A stretch of 5,325 nucleotides of DNA. Source: a virus. Its lineage: Duplodnaviria; Heunggongvirae; Uroviricota; Caudoviricetes. A model generated the notes under the pieces. That model saw only the letters and a list, made by a program, of their open reading frames with translations, had not been told where the DNA came from and did not search any database. The stretch is taken from the IMG/VR virus record IMGVR_UViG_2660238230_000001, positions 1 to 5,325 of that record; one strand, written 5' to 3'. This document shows positions 1 through 5,325 of the stretch, in pieces (within the stretch, counting starts at the first letter, position 1; the number at the start of each line of letters is the position of its first letter). The position numbers and the translations under genes are program-made.

Positions 1-90
1 AGCCAGAGTAAATCCTGCTCACAAAAATTCGCCGGAGCGAACTCAACAAAATGCAGCGTATGTCCGGCAAAGGGGAGGGAGGTATGCGTA

Positions 91-219
91 GCCGGCTGCA
101 TTATTGGCCCGTGGGGGCTGCGACTGGTGACCGATGCCGAATCTATTCTGCACTTTGCCGAGATTGGGGTGGTGCTGATGCTGTTTATTATCGGCCTCGA
201 ACTCGATCCACAAAGGCTC
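91..219 (+). pseudogene. kefC: Internal fragment of kefC-like glutathione-regulated K+/H+ antiporter (N-terminal transmembrane region only, no start or stop)
   Basis: Plus-strand translation [43 protein letters not shown] matches the conserved N-terminal membrane segment of enterobacterial KefC as I recall it. Similarity stops abruptly on both sides (upstream reads ...GREVCV, downstream reads SRSSKRL). The six-frame ORF 127..585 fuses this fragment to antisense of phage gene R and is not a real gene. Confidence 0.6.
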
Positions 220-251
220 AGCCGGTCTTCAAAACGCTTAAACTCATTCAT
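220..251 (-). pseudogene. S: Probable 5' remnant (about 10 codons, [10 protein letters not shown]...) of P2-like tail completion / virion morphogenesis gene S, truncated at the junction with the kefC fragment
   Basis: ATG at 251-249 overlaps the last codon and stop of R (minus-strand ATGAATGA arrangement), the expected position for S in P2-like late operons. The frame stays open to the window edge only because it runs antisense through unrelated sequence. The S protein sequence itself was not recognised. Confidence 0.3.
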
Positions 252-711
252 CCCACTTGCTCACCAGTTCGCCATTGATATAAAGCTCCACCGGGCGGGT
301 GACCGGCTCCGGCGGCGGAGGTTCCGGGATATTCTTCACATGCAGCGCGCCGTCAACCTCACTGACCAGCGTGCGCTCGGTCAGCATCAGGCTGATGCTG
401 ATATCAAAGCTGCTGTCATTGTTGATGTCTGCATAAAACGTGAAGCCCTTTTTCTGGCCTTCGTCGGTGGTCATGATGTCGGGCTGATTTTCCCGCAGCC
501 ACGCCAGCACCGGCACAATGAGCAGGTCAAAATCACCGGTAAAGTCGGTCACAATCACATTGAGCGTGTAACGCTTTTCGAATGACATAGACGTCGCCAG
601 TGTGGAGGCAATACTCCCGTTATCCACGAATATCCGCAGCATCTCGGGACTGGTTTTCAGCACCGTGACGGCGTCAGTCAGCGCCCTGCGCAGGCTGTCG
701 GGTTTGAGCAT
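244..711 (-). CDS. R: P2-like tail completion protein R
   Basis: 155 aa ORF ([19 protein letters not shown]...[14 protein letters not shown]) matching my recollection of the phage P2 gpR family in length and sequence. ATG at 711-709 with AGGA about 8 nt upstream. Position immediately after lysB/lysC as in P2. Confidence 0.8.
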   Translation of the reverse strand: MLKPDSLRRALTDAVTVLKTSPEMLRIFVDNGSIASTLATSMSFEKRYTLNVIVTDFTGDFDLLIVPVLAWLRENQPDIMTTDEGQKKGFTFYADINNDSSFDISISLMLTERTLVSEVDGALHVKNIPEPPPPEPVTRPVELYINGELVSKWDE

Positions 712-964
712 CGTTTTCGTCCTGACAGTGTTTAATCATTTTTACCTGGCTGGCACAGCGTGCCAGCGCGTTCTCAAGCTGCCGGATATCAGCACTTAAA
801 TCGCCGTTCGTCTGCGGGTCACTGCCCGGCATCGGGCAAAGGCTCACTTTCGGGCAGGCGTTGGCGACAATCACTGGCGTCAGTGCAGGTCGGACGCTGG
901 TGCAACCGGCGCACAGCATCAGGCAGGTCAGCGCCATACCAGCGGCGAAAATCCTCGTTTTCAT
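674..964 (-). CDS. lysC: o-spanin (Rz1-like outer-membrane lipoprotein), P2 LysC-like
   Basis: 96 aa ORF starting MKTRIFAAGMALTCLMLCAGC: signal peptide with lipobox-like LCAG|C. Starts inside lysB in a different frame and extends about 145 nt beyond the lysB stop (overlapped spanin architecture). GAGG about 9 nt upstream of ATG at 964-962. Its 3' end overlaps the R start by 38 nt. Confidence 0.7.
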   Translation of the reverse strand: MKTRIFAAGMALTCLMLCAGCTSVRPALTPVIVANACPKVSLCPMPGSDPQTNGDLSADIRQLENALARCASQVKMIKHCQDENDAQTRQPAQGAD

Positions 965-1244
965 TCAGTAACCTCGTGATGGTTTTCTCGCGCTGTGCTT
1001 CACGTTTCGCGGCGTTCTCCAGTTCCTGACGCAGTGCCACCTGCGCCAGCTCGTTTTTGTCTGCCCTGGTAAGGGCAACATGAAGCTGATTTTTCAGCAT
1101 GGTGATGGTCGTCTGCTGACCGCTGGCGACGTTGTTCGCCCTGTCCAGCGAGGCGCGCAGGCTGGCGTTTTCATGCTTCGCCAGAAACAGACCTGTCACC
1201 GCCAGCGATAACAACACGACCAGCACAATCATCAGCTTTGACAT
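819..1244 (-). CDS. lysB: i-spanin (Rz-like inner-membrane spanin component), P2 LysB-like
   Basis: 141 aa ORF with an N-terminal transmembrane helix (MSKLMIVLVVLLSLAVTGLFLA) followed by a charged, coiled-coil-like periplasmic region. Contains the lysC start in another frame. ATG at 1244-1242 with a GAGGGG run upstream. Confidence 0.7.
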   Translation of the reverse strand: MSKLMIVLVVLLSLAVTGLFLAKHENASLRASLDRANNVASGQQTTITMLKNQLHVALTRADKNELAQVALRQELENAAKREAQREKTITRLLNENEDFRRWYGADLPDAVRRLHQRPTCTDASDCRQRLPESEPLPDAGQ

Positions 1245-1657
1245 GGTTCCCGCCCCTCAAGACGCTGACGACAGGCCGTACGTATCAGCCGGAAAAACAG
1301 CGACGCCACAAGATAAATCAGCGCGGTAAAAATCCACCCGGCAGCGACCAGCGAGATAAACGTCGCCACCATCACCACCAGACCCACCGCCCGTCTGCAC
1401 CACGTCACCGGCTGCAAAAACAGCGACGTGACAATCTTCACAGCCAGCGATTCCGGCGGCAGCTCCCGCCCGTAGCGTTCCAGCACATACTCAGTGGCAT
1501 ACACCCCGACACCACCGGCAACCGCACAGATAACCGTCGCCAGAATCGCCCAGGCGGCGACAAAACTGACGGCCACGCTCTGCGGGTAAATCAGGGACAG
1601 TGCCAGCATCAGCGCCAGCGACACGTTCAGCATCAGTGAAAGGGATAATTTCTTCAT
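1232..1657 (-). CDS. lysA: Multi-pass membrane protein, P2 LysA-like lysis timing / regulatory protein
   Basis: 141 aa hydrophobic ORF with several predicted TM segments, located between endolysin K and lysB as in P2. ATG at 1657-1655 with GGAG upstream. 3' end overlaps the lysB start by 13 nt. Confidence 0.6.
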   Translation of the reverse strand: MKKLSLSLMLNVSLALMLALSLIYPQSVAVSFVAAWAILATVICAVAGGVGVYATEYVLERYGRELPPESLAVKIVTSLFLQPVTWCRRAVGLVVMVATFISLVAAGWIFTALIYLVASLFFRLIRTACRQRLEGREPCQS

Positions 1658-1671
1658 GGTGTTTACTCCGT

Positions 1672-2169
1672 TTAAGCCGGTACGCCGCCAGCGGTACGCC
1701 AGACGGTGACCAGTTTTTCCAGTGAATGCTCACGCTGACCGTAACCGGCACCCGGCAGGGACGCCCAGATATTGCGACAGCGTGAAATGGCGCGCTCAAT
1801 GCGTCCCGCCCGGATGTCATCCAGCGCACCGCGTTCGCGGATCAACTGAATGGCGAGTCTGTCCTGTGACAACGGACTGAAATCCGGCAGGGCAAGCTGT
1901 TTGCGGTAATGCGGCCAGAACAGGTAAAGCTGCTGATAGCGACCGGAGGCCGTGGATTTTTCACCGCGACGGTTAAACACCTTCGCCGGTCGGCCATGCG
2001 CGAACGGGTGGTCACTGTAGTCGGTGAAAATTTCCGGCTTCCCGTCCAGTCCGGTGACTATCACGTCATAGCCACGGTTTTTCGTCAGCGGATGGTTCGC
2101 CGTCCCTTCGGACACGGCCAGCATGTCGAGAAAGGCGGCGATATTCTGATGCGTGTTAATTACCGGCAT
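1672..2169 (-). CDS. K: Endolysin, lambda R / P2 K-type lytic transglycosylase (phage lysozyme family)
   Basis: 165 aa ORF with the hallmark motifs FLDML..SEGT, GYDVIV, FTDYSDHP, GRYQ, FSP.SQD and IWASLPGAGYGQ.EH shared with lambda R endolysin. Its ATG (2169-2167) overlaps the holin stop by 1 nt (TAATG on the minus strand). Confidence 0.9.
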   Translation of the reverse strand: MPVINTHQNIAAFLDMLAVSEGTANHPLTKNRGYDVIVTGLDGKPEIFTDYSDHPFAHGRPAKVFNRRGEKSTASGRYQQLYLFWPHYRKQLALPDFSPLSQDRLAIQLIRERGALDDIRAGRIERAISRCRNIWASLPGAGYGQREHSLEKLVTVWRTAGGVPA

Positions 2170-2450
2170 TACGGTTTCCCCCTGCCCTTAAAGCGGCGCT
2201 GAATGGCAATCTCAATCACCTGATAACCGGCGATACCCAGCATGGAGCCGATGCCGCACACCGCAGGCAATGACAGGTCAGGAAACTGCACCAGAACAAC
2301 ACCGGCAACCATCGAGACAAAACCACCGAGCAACATGCGTCCGATAAACAGACGCGGGGTGATGGGTTCACCACCGGCAAGCACCTTGCCGACAACAATC
2401 AGCACCCCAATCATGAAAAGCGACAGGACGCTTTTTTCTTCTGCTGTCAT
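2169..2450 (-). CDS. Y: Holin, P2 Y-like
   Basis: 93 aa small membrane protein with hydrophobic segments and a basic C-terminus (RRFKGRGKP), immediately upstream of and translationally coupled to the endolysin. GGGAG upstream of ATG at 2450-2448. Confidence 0.75.
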   Translation of the reverse strand: MTAEEKSVLSLFMIGVLIVVGKVLAGGEPITPRLFIGRMLLGGFVSMVAGVVLVQFPDLSLPAVCGIGSMLGIAGYQVIEIAIQRRFKGRGKP

Positions 2451-2453
2451 GCG

Positions 2454-2657
2454 TTACTCCCACAGATTGACAGTTTCAGCCACGGGCGCGGTCTGAACGT
2501 CGGGCAGTTCGACGGCGGTGCCGTGCGGCAGCACCGCGCCCAGTTCAGCCAGTCCCGGATTTGCGGCGAGCACGGCTTCGACCACGCCCTCAGTGCGCCC
2601 GTAATACCGGACACAAATGGCGTCGAGCGTGTCGCCCTGTAGCGCAAAGGTCTTCAT
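2454..2657 (-). CDS. X: P2-like tail protein X
   Basis: The six-frame ORF 2454..2726 has a plausible internal start giving a 67 aa product (MKTFALQGDTLDAICVRYYGRTEGVV...VNLWE), matching my recollection of the P2 gpX family. Its ATG (2657-2655) overlaps the L stop by 1 nt (TGATG on the minus strand). Confidence 0.75.
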   Translation of the reverse strand: MKTFALQGDTLDAICVRYYGRTEGVVEAVLAANPGLAELGAVLPHGTAVELPDVQTAPVAETVNLWE

Positions 2658-3166
2658 CAGATTTGACTCACGATGCAGCGTGGCTTGTCCTGGATGCGCG
2701 CCACTGCCCAGCGCATATCCCGCCACAGCTCATCAATGGTGCTGTCAATGCTGTCGGCCTTCTTGTCGCCTTTCGCACTGGCATCCACGCCGCGATAACG
2801 CTCATAAAGCGACGCGGTCGCCATCGCACACACGGCGCGCTCGTAGTAAAAAACTTTGATGCTTTCACCGTCGATGTCGTCCGCCGGGACGTCAGCCAGA
2901 CACGTAAAACCGGCGGCAATTTTCTGTTCGCGGTACTCGTACAGCTCCGCATTCGTTTCAGCCATGCCTGACTTGATGGCCTCACGCAGACGGGCAGGGG
3001 CGACGGTCTGCTCAAGGCGCATACGTTCCCGGACGCGCTTCGGGTCGATATCGGGAAAAAAGAACGTGTTTTTAATCACCGGCTCGTCGCCTGCCGGTTG
3101 CGGGATGACCACCGTACCCTCACCGGACACGGGAGCCTCCTTTCGCGGAATAATCAGCGTCATCAT
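2657..3166 (-). CDS. L: P2-like head completion/stabilization protein L
   Basis: The six-frame ORF 2657..3226 is trimmed to the ATG at 3166-3164, which has GAGG 6-9 nt upstream. This gives 169 aa (MMTLIIPRKEAPVSGEGTVVIP...PRCIVSQI), consistent with the P2 gpL family and position (M-L-X order). Confidence 0.8.
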   Translation of the reverse strand: MMTLIIPRKEAPVSGEGTVVIPQPAGDEPVIKNTFFFPDIDPKRVRERMRLEQTVAPARLREAIKSGMAETNAELYEYREQKIAAGFTCLADVPADDIDGESIKVFYYERAVCAMATASLYERYRGVDASAKGDKKADSIDSTIDELWRDMRWAVARIQDKPRCIVSQI

Positions 3167-3265
3167 GACTACCTCTGAAAAGTCGGGCGGTGGACGCCGG
3201 TACAGTGTCAGGTGATTCACCCTCACTGACCGGCGTGCCGCCCTGGCGCGGGGCGCATTCGGTTG

Positions 3266-4009
3266 TTAACTGGCTTTCTTTTTCGGGCGTCCACGTTTTG
3301 CCGGTGTCACGCTCCGGGTCTTACGCGGGGCGCAGGTGGCCGCTTTTGGCTGTGGCTCCGGCTTCGGTTTCAGCTCCCGCTCCAGTCGTTCAATCTCTTT
3401 TTTGACGCCTGCCTGACAGTCGAGCTGTGTCGCACGTTGCAGGTGCGCCAGCGCCCCTGCGGCATCACCAGCGTCACGCAGAAACAGACCGGTGATTTTG
3501 TGCAGCTTTGCGCGCACTTCATCAGGCATGTCAGCCGTGGCGGTCAGTTCGAGGGTGTCCGTCAGCAGGCGGGGATCCACAGACTCACCGGCAGCGTGGG
3601 CGCGCATGGCCGCGAGCGCCACCTCCTCGGTGAACATGTACGGCGGGGTGCGACGGTGTTTACCCGGCATGGTCAGACCGTACTTCAGGGCATAACGGGC
3701 AATCTCCAGCGCACCGGCAATATCGCCGGTATCCAGACGCCACAGCATGACCGTCATCAGAATGTCATCCTGTGCACCTTTGCCCTGCTCCAGCACGCCG
3801 TTCACCCACGGCAACCAGAACGGCAGCAGTTCGCGTTTTTTCGCGGCCTTCAGCTCTTTTGAATAAATTGCTTTCAGTGTGCGCTGGTCTGCGGCCAGCT
3901 TGACCAGCATCTGCTCATAGACAGTTGCATGTCGCAGCGGGGCGGCTTCCCGCTGCGCGGTCATCGCTGCCGAGACCCGCATCATGTGGCGCTGTGCGGG
4001 ACTCGTCAT
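3266..4009 (-). CDS. M: P2-like terminase small (endonuclease) subunit M
   Basis: 247 aa ORF with a basic C-terminal tail (KRGRPKKKAS), matching the P2 gpM family in size, sequence and position upstream of L. GGGAG about 8 nt upstream of ATG at 4009-4007, inside the end of the preceding N-like frame. Confidence 0.85.
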   Translation of the reverse strand: MTSPAQRHMMRVSAAMTAQREAAPLRHATVYEQMLVKLAADQRTLKAIYSKELKAAKKRELLPFWLPWVNGVLEQGKGAQDDILMTVMLWRLDTGDIAGALEIARYALKYGLTMPGKHRRTPPYMFTEEVALAAMRAHAAGESVDPRLLTDTLELTATADMPDEVRAKLHKITGLFLRDAGDAAGALAHLQRATQLDCQAGVKKEIERLERELKPKPEPQPKAATCAPRKTRSVTPAKRGRPKKKAS

Positions 4010-4012
4010 CGG

Positions 4013-4100
4013 TTACGCTCCCGGCTCTGCGGTCGCTTTAGCCGGTGTGGAGAAATCACCGACCTTAATTTTTTCCACCAGACAACCGGCGGCGTAGTCC
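4013..4100 (-). pseudogene. N: 3'-terminal remnant (about 28 codons plus stop) of a P2-like major capsid gene N, truncated at the junction with 16S rDNA
   Basis: Open minus-strand frame ...DYAAGCLVEKIKVGDFSTPAKATAEPGA ending at TAA (4015-4013), 3 nt before the M start, which is the expected position for N. Assigned by position; the peptide itself is not verified from memory. Confidence 0.4.
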
Positions 4101-4246
4101 TCCTCCATCAGGCAGTTTCCCAGACATTACTCACCCGTCCGCCACTCGTCAGCGAAGCAGCAAGCTGCTTCCTGTTACCGTTCGACTTGCATGTGTTAGG
4201 CCTGCCGCCAGCGTTCAATCTGAGCCATGATCAAACTCTTCAATTT
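4101..4246 (-). rRNA. rrs: 16S rRNA gene, 5' end only (about the first 146 nt), truncated
   Basis: Minus-strand sequence from 4246 reads AAATTGAAGAGTTTGATCATGGCTCAGATTGAACGCTGGCGGCAGGCCTAACACATGCAAGTCGAACGG...GGGAAACTGCCTGATGGAGG, the canonical enterobacterial 16S 5' end. Similarity stops near 4100, where GGGGATAACTACTGG is expected but phage sequence follows. Confidence 0.9.
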
Positions 4247-4377
4247 AAAAGTTTGATGCTCAAAGAATTAAACTTCGTAATGAATTACGTGTTCACTCTT
4301 GAGACTTGGTATTCATTTTTCGTCTTGCGACGTTAAGAATCCGTATCTTCGAGTGCCCACACAGATTGTCTGATAAA

Positions 4378-4390
4378 TTGTTAAAGAGCA
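4378..4390 (-). promoter_or_regulatory. rrn leader boxA antitermination element
   Basis: Minus-strand TGCTCTTTAACAA, the conserved rrn boxA motif, within the leader between the P2 promoter and the mature 16S 5' end. Confidence 0.7.
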
Positions 4391-4427
4391 GTGCCGCTTC
4401 GCTTTTTCTCAGCGGCGCGGGGTGTGC

Positions 4428-4455
4428 ATAATACGCTTTCCCGCTACAGAGTCAA
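4428..4455 (-). promoter_or_regulatory. rRNA operon P2 promoter (sigma70)
   Basis: Minus-strand -35 TTGACT (4455-4450) and -10 TATTAT (4433-4428) with a 16 nt spacer, matching the rrnB P2 context GCTTGACTCTGTAGCGGGAA.GCGTATTATGC. Confidence 0.75.
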
Positions 4456-4545
4456 GCATTTTTTTGCTTTTCTCTGTTGAGATTCTCAGGAGAACCCCGC
4501 TGACCCGGCGGCGTGTTTGCCGTTGTTCCGTGTCAGTGGTGGCGC

Positions 4546-4573
4546 ATTATAGGGAGTTATTCCGGCCTGACAA
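4546..4573 (-). promoter_or_regulatory. rRNA operon P1 promoter (sigma70)
   Basis: Minus-strand -35 TTGTCA (4573-4568) and -10 TATAAT (4551-4546) with a 16 nt spacer, followed by the GCGC discriminator. Matches rrnB P1 (CTCTTGTCAGGCCGGAATAACTCCCTATAATGCGCCACC). Confidence 0.8.
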
Positions 4574-4574
4574 G

Positions 4575-4598
4575 AGGAAATTTAAAATAATTTTCTGA
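4575..4598 (-). promoter_or_regulatory. UP element of rrn P1
   Basis: Minus-strand A/T-rich TCAGAAAATTATTTTAAATTTCCT immediately upstream of the P1 -35 hexamer, matching the classic rrnB P1 UP element. Confidence 0.7.
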
Positions 4599-4618
4599 CC
4601 GCGCAACATTCAACCAAA

Positions 4619-4711
4619 TCAACCTAAAACTGCCAGTTTTTCGAGCGTTCCGAAGCCGTAACGCTGTAAAACGGGCAATAATTGTTCAGCTTCTGTCGTC
4701 ATTGCCAGCAC
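4619..4711 (-). pseudogene. murI: 3' end (about 30 codons plus stop) of glutamate racemase gene murI
   Basis: Minus-strand translation ...[28 protein letters not shown] matches the MurI C-terminus, and murI is the natural upstream neighbour of rrsB. Similarity to MurI is lost above about 4711, so the six-frame ORF 4619..4915 is chimeric. Confidence 0.65.
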
Positions 4712-4820
4712 CAGCCCTTTTTTCAGATTGAACTCTTCGGCTTTAATGCCCATCTTGCGCTCTTTCAACTGCCCGGCTCGAGTTACAATCCCTACGCCAA
4801 TCAGCGCCACCAGAACGCCG

Positions 4821-4985
4821 CAGACCTTCGTTGTTGGCAAAGTTCGCCAGTACAATCTGCCCCAGCAGTTGGGTTTGTTCGTTGGAATAGTTGCCGACAA
4901 CCGTACCGTCATCATTGATTTGATAACTCACCAGATCGCCCGGTTTGTAGCCGTTCTGGGTGGTTGCCACAATATTGTTAGCGCC
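4821..4985 (-). pseudogene. flgE: Internal fragment (about 55 codons) of flagellar hook protein gene flgE
   Basis: Minus-strand translation [55 protein letters not shown] matches the C-proximal conserved region of enterobacterial FlgE. It has no start and no native C-terminus; flanking sequence on both sides is unrelated to FlgE. Confidence 0.65.
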
Positions 4986-5211
4986 TAGAGCAAACTGAAG
5001 GGGTAACCTAAGCCGAGGTTAATTAATAGCGACTGTAAAAAGTAGAACGCAGTCCACGTGCTAAATACCCGGCTACGGGTAACAAGCGATTCTTTGAGGG
5101 TTAAATTCATATGCCACTATCGTAACAAACGCCATGTGCTTACCCGGGCGTCAAGGGTCAATCCCTGCAAGAGTGCGTGAAGAGGGCACGCCGCACAGCC
5201 CGTCACGCTAC

Positions 5212-5325
5212 CTATTCGTCGATGATTGACTCGAATCCGCCATAGATCATTCGCTTGCCGTCAAACGGCATGGACTCGCCGAACTCTTTCATCCGTGGGT
5301 CCGACATCATCTTTTGATTAGCAGC
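5212..5325 (-). CDS. 3' end of an unidentified ORF running off the window edge (...AANQKMMSDPRMKEFGESMPFDGKRMIYGGFESIIDE*)
   Basis: Open minus-strand frame of 37 codons ending at TAG (5214-5212) with enterobacterial-like codon usage. Product not recognised. May be another fragment rather than an intact gene. Confidence 0.3.
   Translation of the reverse strand, partial: AANQKMMSDPRMKEFGESMPFDGKRMIYGGFESIIDE

Larger units (their letters stand above)
220..4100 (-). mobile_element. Truncated P2-like (Peduovirus-type) prophage late-gene block: N'-M-L-X-Y-K-lysA-lysB-lysC-R-S'
   Basis: Contiguous, syntenic, translationally coupled gene set in P2 late-operon order. Both ends are cut within genes. 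No integrase, cos, att or tRNA is present in the window. Confidence 0.8.

Noticed and set aside
51-278. 75 aa plus-strand ORF
   Set aside because: Spans unassigned sequence and the kefC fragment in the wrong frame, then the antisense of the R 3' end. No RBS and no recognisable product.
127-585. 152 aa plus-strand ORF
   Set aside because: Its first ~30 residues are the kefC fragment and the remainder is antisense to phage gene R. It is a chimeric read-through, not a gene.
1491-1829. 112 aa minus-strand ORF, plus 2216..2398, 2447..2647 and 2668..3015
   Set aside because: Alternative frames nested within or straddling lysA/K, Y, X and L. The annotated frames give recognisable phage proteins and these do not.
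3225-3260. GC-rich dyad (CGCCC-N7-GGGCG, 3239-3255) in the 99 bp M-L intergenic gap as a terminator or regulatory site
   Set aside because: Short stem with no adjacent U-run on either strand, and M and L are expected to be co-transcribed in P2-like late operons. Not enough to call.
3263-3862. 199 aa plus-strand ORF, plus other plus-strand ORFs (760..1029, 1238..1639, 1909..2202, 2242..2496, 2561..2971, 2856..3215, 3929..4336)
   Set aside because: All lie antisense to well-supported P2-like genes or the 16S fragment in GC-rich DNA. They have no RBS context and Arg/Pro/His-rich low-complexity translations typical of antisense frames.
4619-4915. 98 aa minus-strand ORF as a single gene
   Set aside because: Only the last ~30 codons match MurI. 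The upstream part is unrelated, and the flgE fragment is in another frame over 4821-4915.
4743-4970. 75 aa minus-strand ORF as a complete gene
   Set aside because: The apparent start is a GTG inside FlgE-homologous sequence and the C-terminal 25 residues are out-of-family read-through. It is a fragment, not an intact CDS.
4777-5148. Cluster of restriction sites (XhoI CTCGAG 4777-4782, PacI TTAATTAA 5029-5036, NdeI CATATG 5108-5113, SmaI CCCGGG 5143-5148) as evidence of a cloning vector or polylinker
   Set aside because: Six-base sites are expected by chance about once per window and the sites are scattered, not arranged as a polylinker. The single 8-base site is suggestive but not decisive. 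No vector backbone features (ori, resistance gene) are present.
5226-5242. TCGAATCC motif resembling a tRNA T-arm
   Set aside because: No acceptor stem, D-arm or anticodon arm can be built around it, and it lies inside an open coding frame.
1-5325. CRISPR array, defence system, toxin-antitoxin pair or integrase/att boundaries
   Set aside because: No direct-repeat/spacer periodicity, no integrase or recombinase ORF, no flanking direct repeats. Every substantial ORF is accounted for by P2-like late genes or recognisable housekeeping fragments.

Overview
This 5.3 kb window is a mosaic, not one coherent locus. Its core (about 220-4100, all on the minus strand) is a contiguous, apparently intact block of P2-like temperate-phage late genes: the 3' end of capsid gene N, then M (small terminase), L (head completion), X, holin Y, endolysin K, lysA, the overlapping spanin pair lysB/lysC, R (tail completion) and the first ~10 codons of S. 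That block is cut mid-gene at both ends and abuts short pieces of enterobacterial chromosomal genes: a ~43-codon internal kefC fragment (91-219, +), the natural murI-3'-end / rrn P1-P2 promoter / 16S 5'-end segment (4101-4711, -), and a ~55-codon internal flgE fragment (4821-4985, -). Four short segments remain unassigned (1-90, 4712-4820, 4986-5211, and a partial ORF at 5212-5325). I found no CRISPR array, tRNA, IS element, integrase or att-like repeats, and no unexplained ORF large enough to encode a novel system. The most notable feature is the architecture itself: several abrupt breakpoints with no mobile-element hallmarks, including strong rRNA promoters pointed into a holin-endolysin cassette. 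This is most parsimoniously an assembly chimera or an artificial/shuffled construct. All identifications rest on my reading and recollection of protein and rRNA families, not on any database search.
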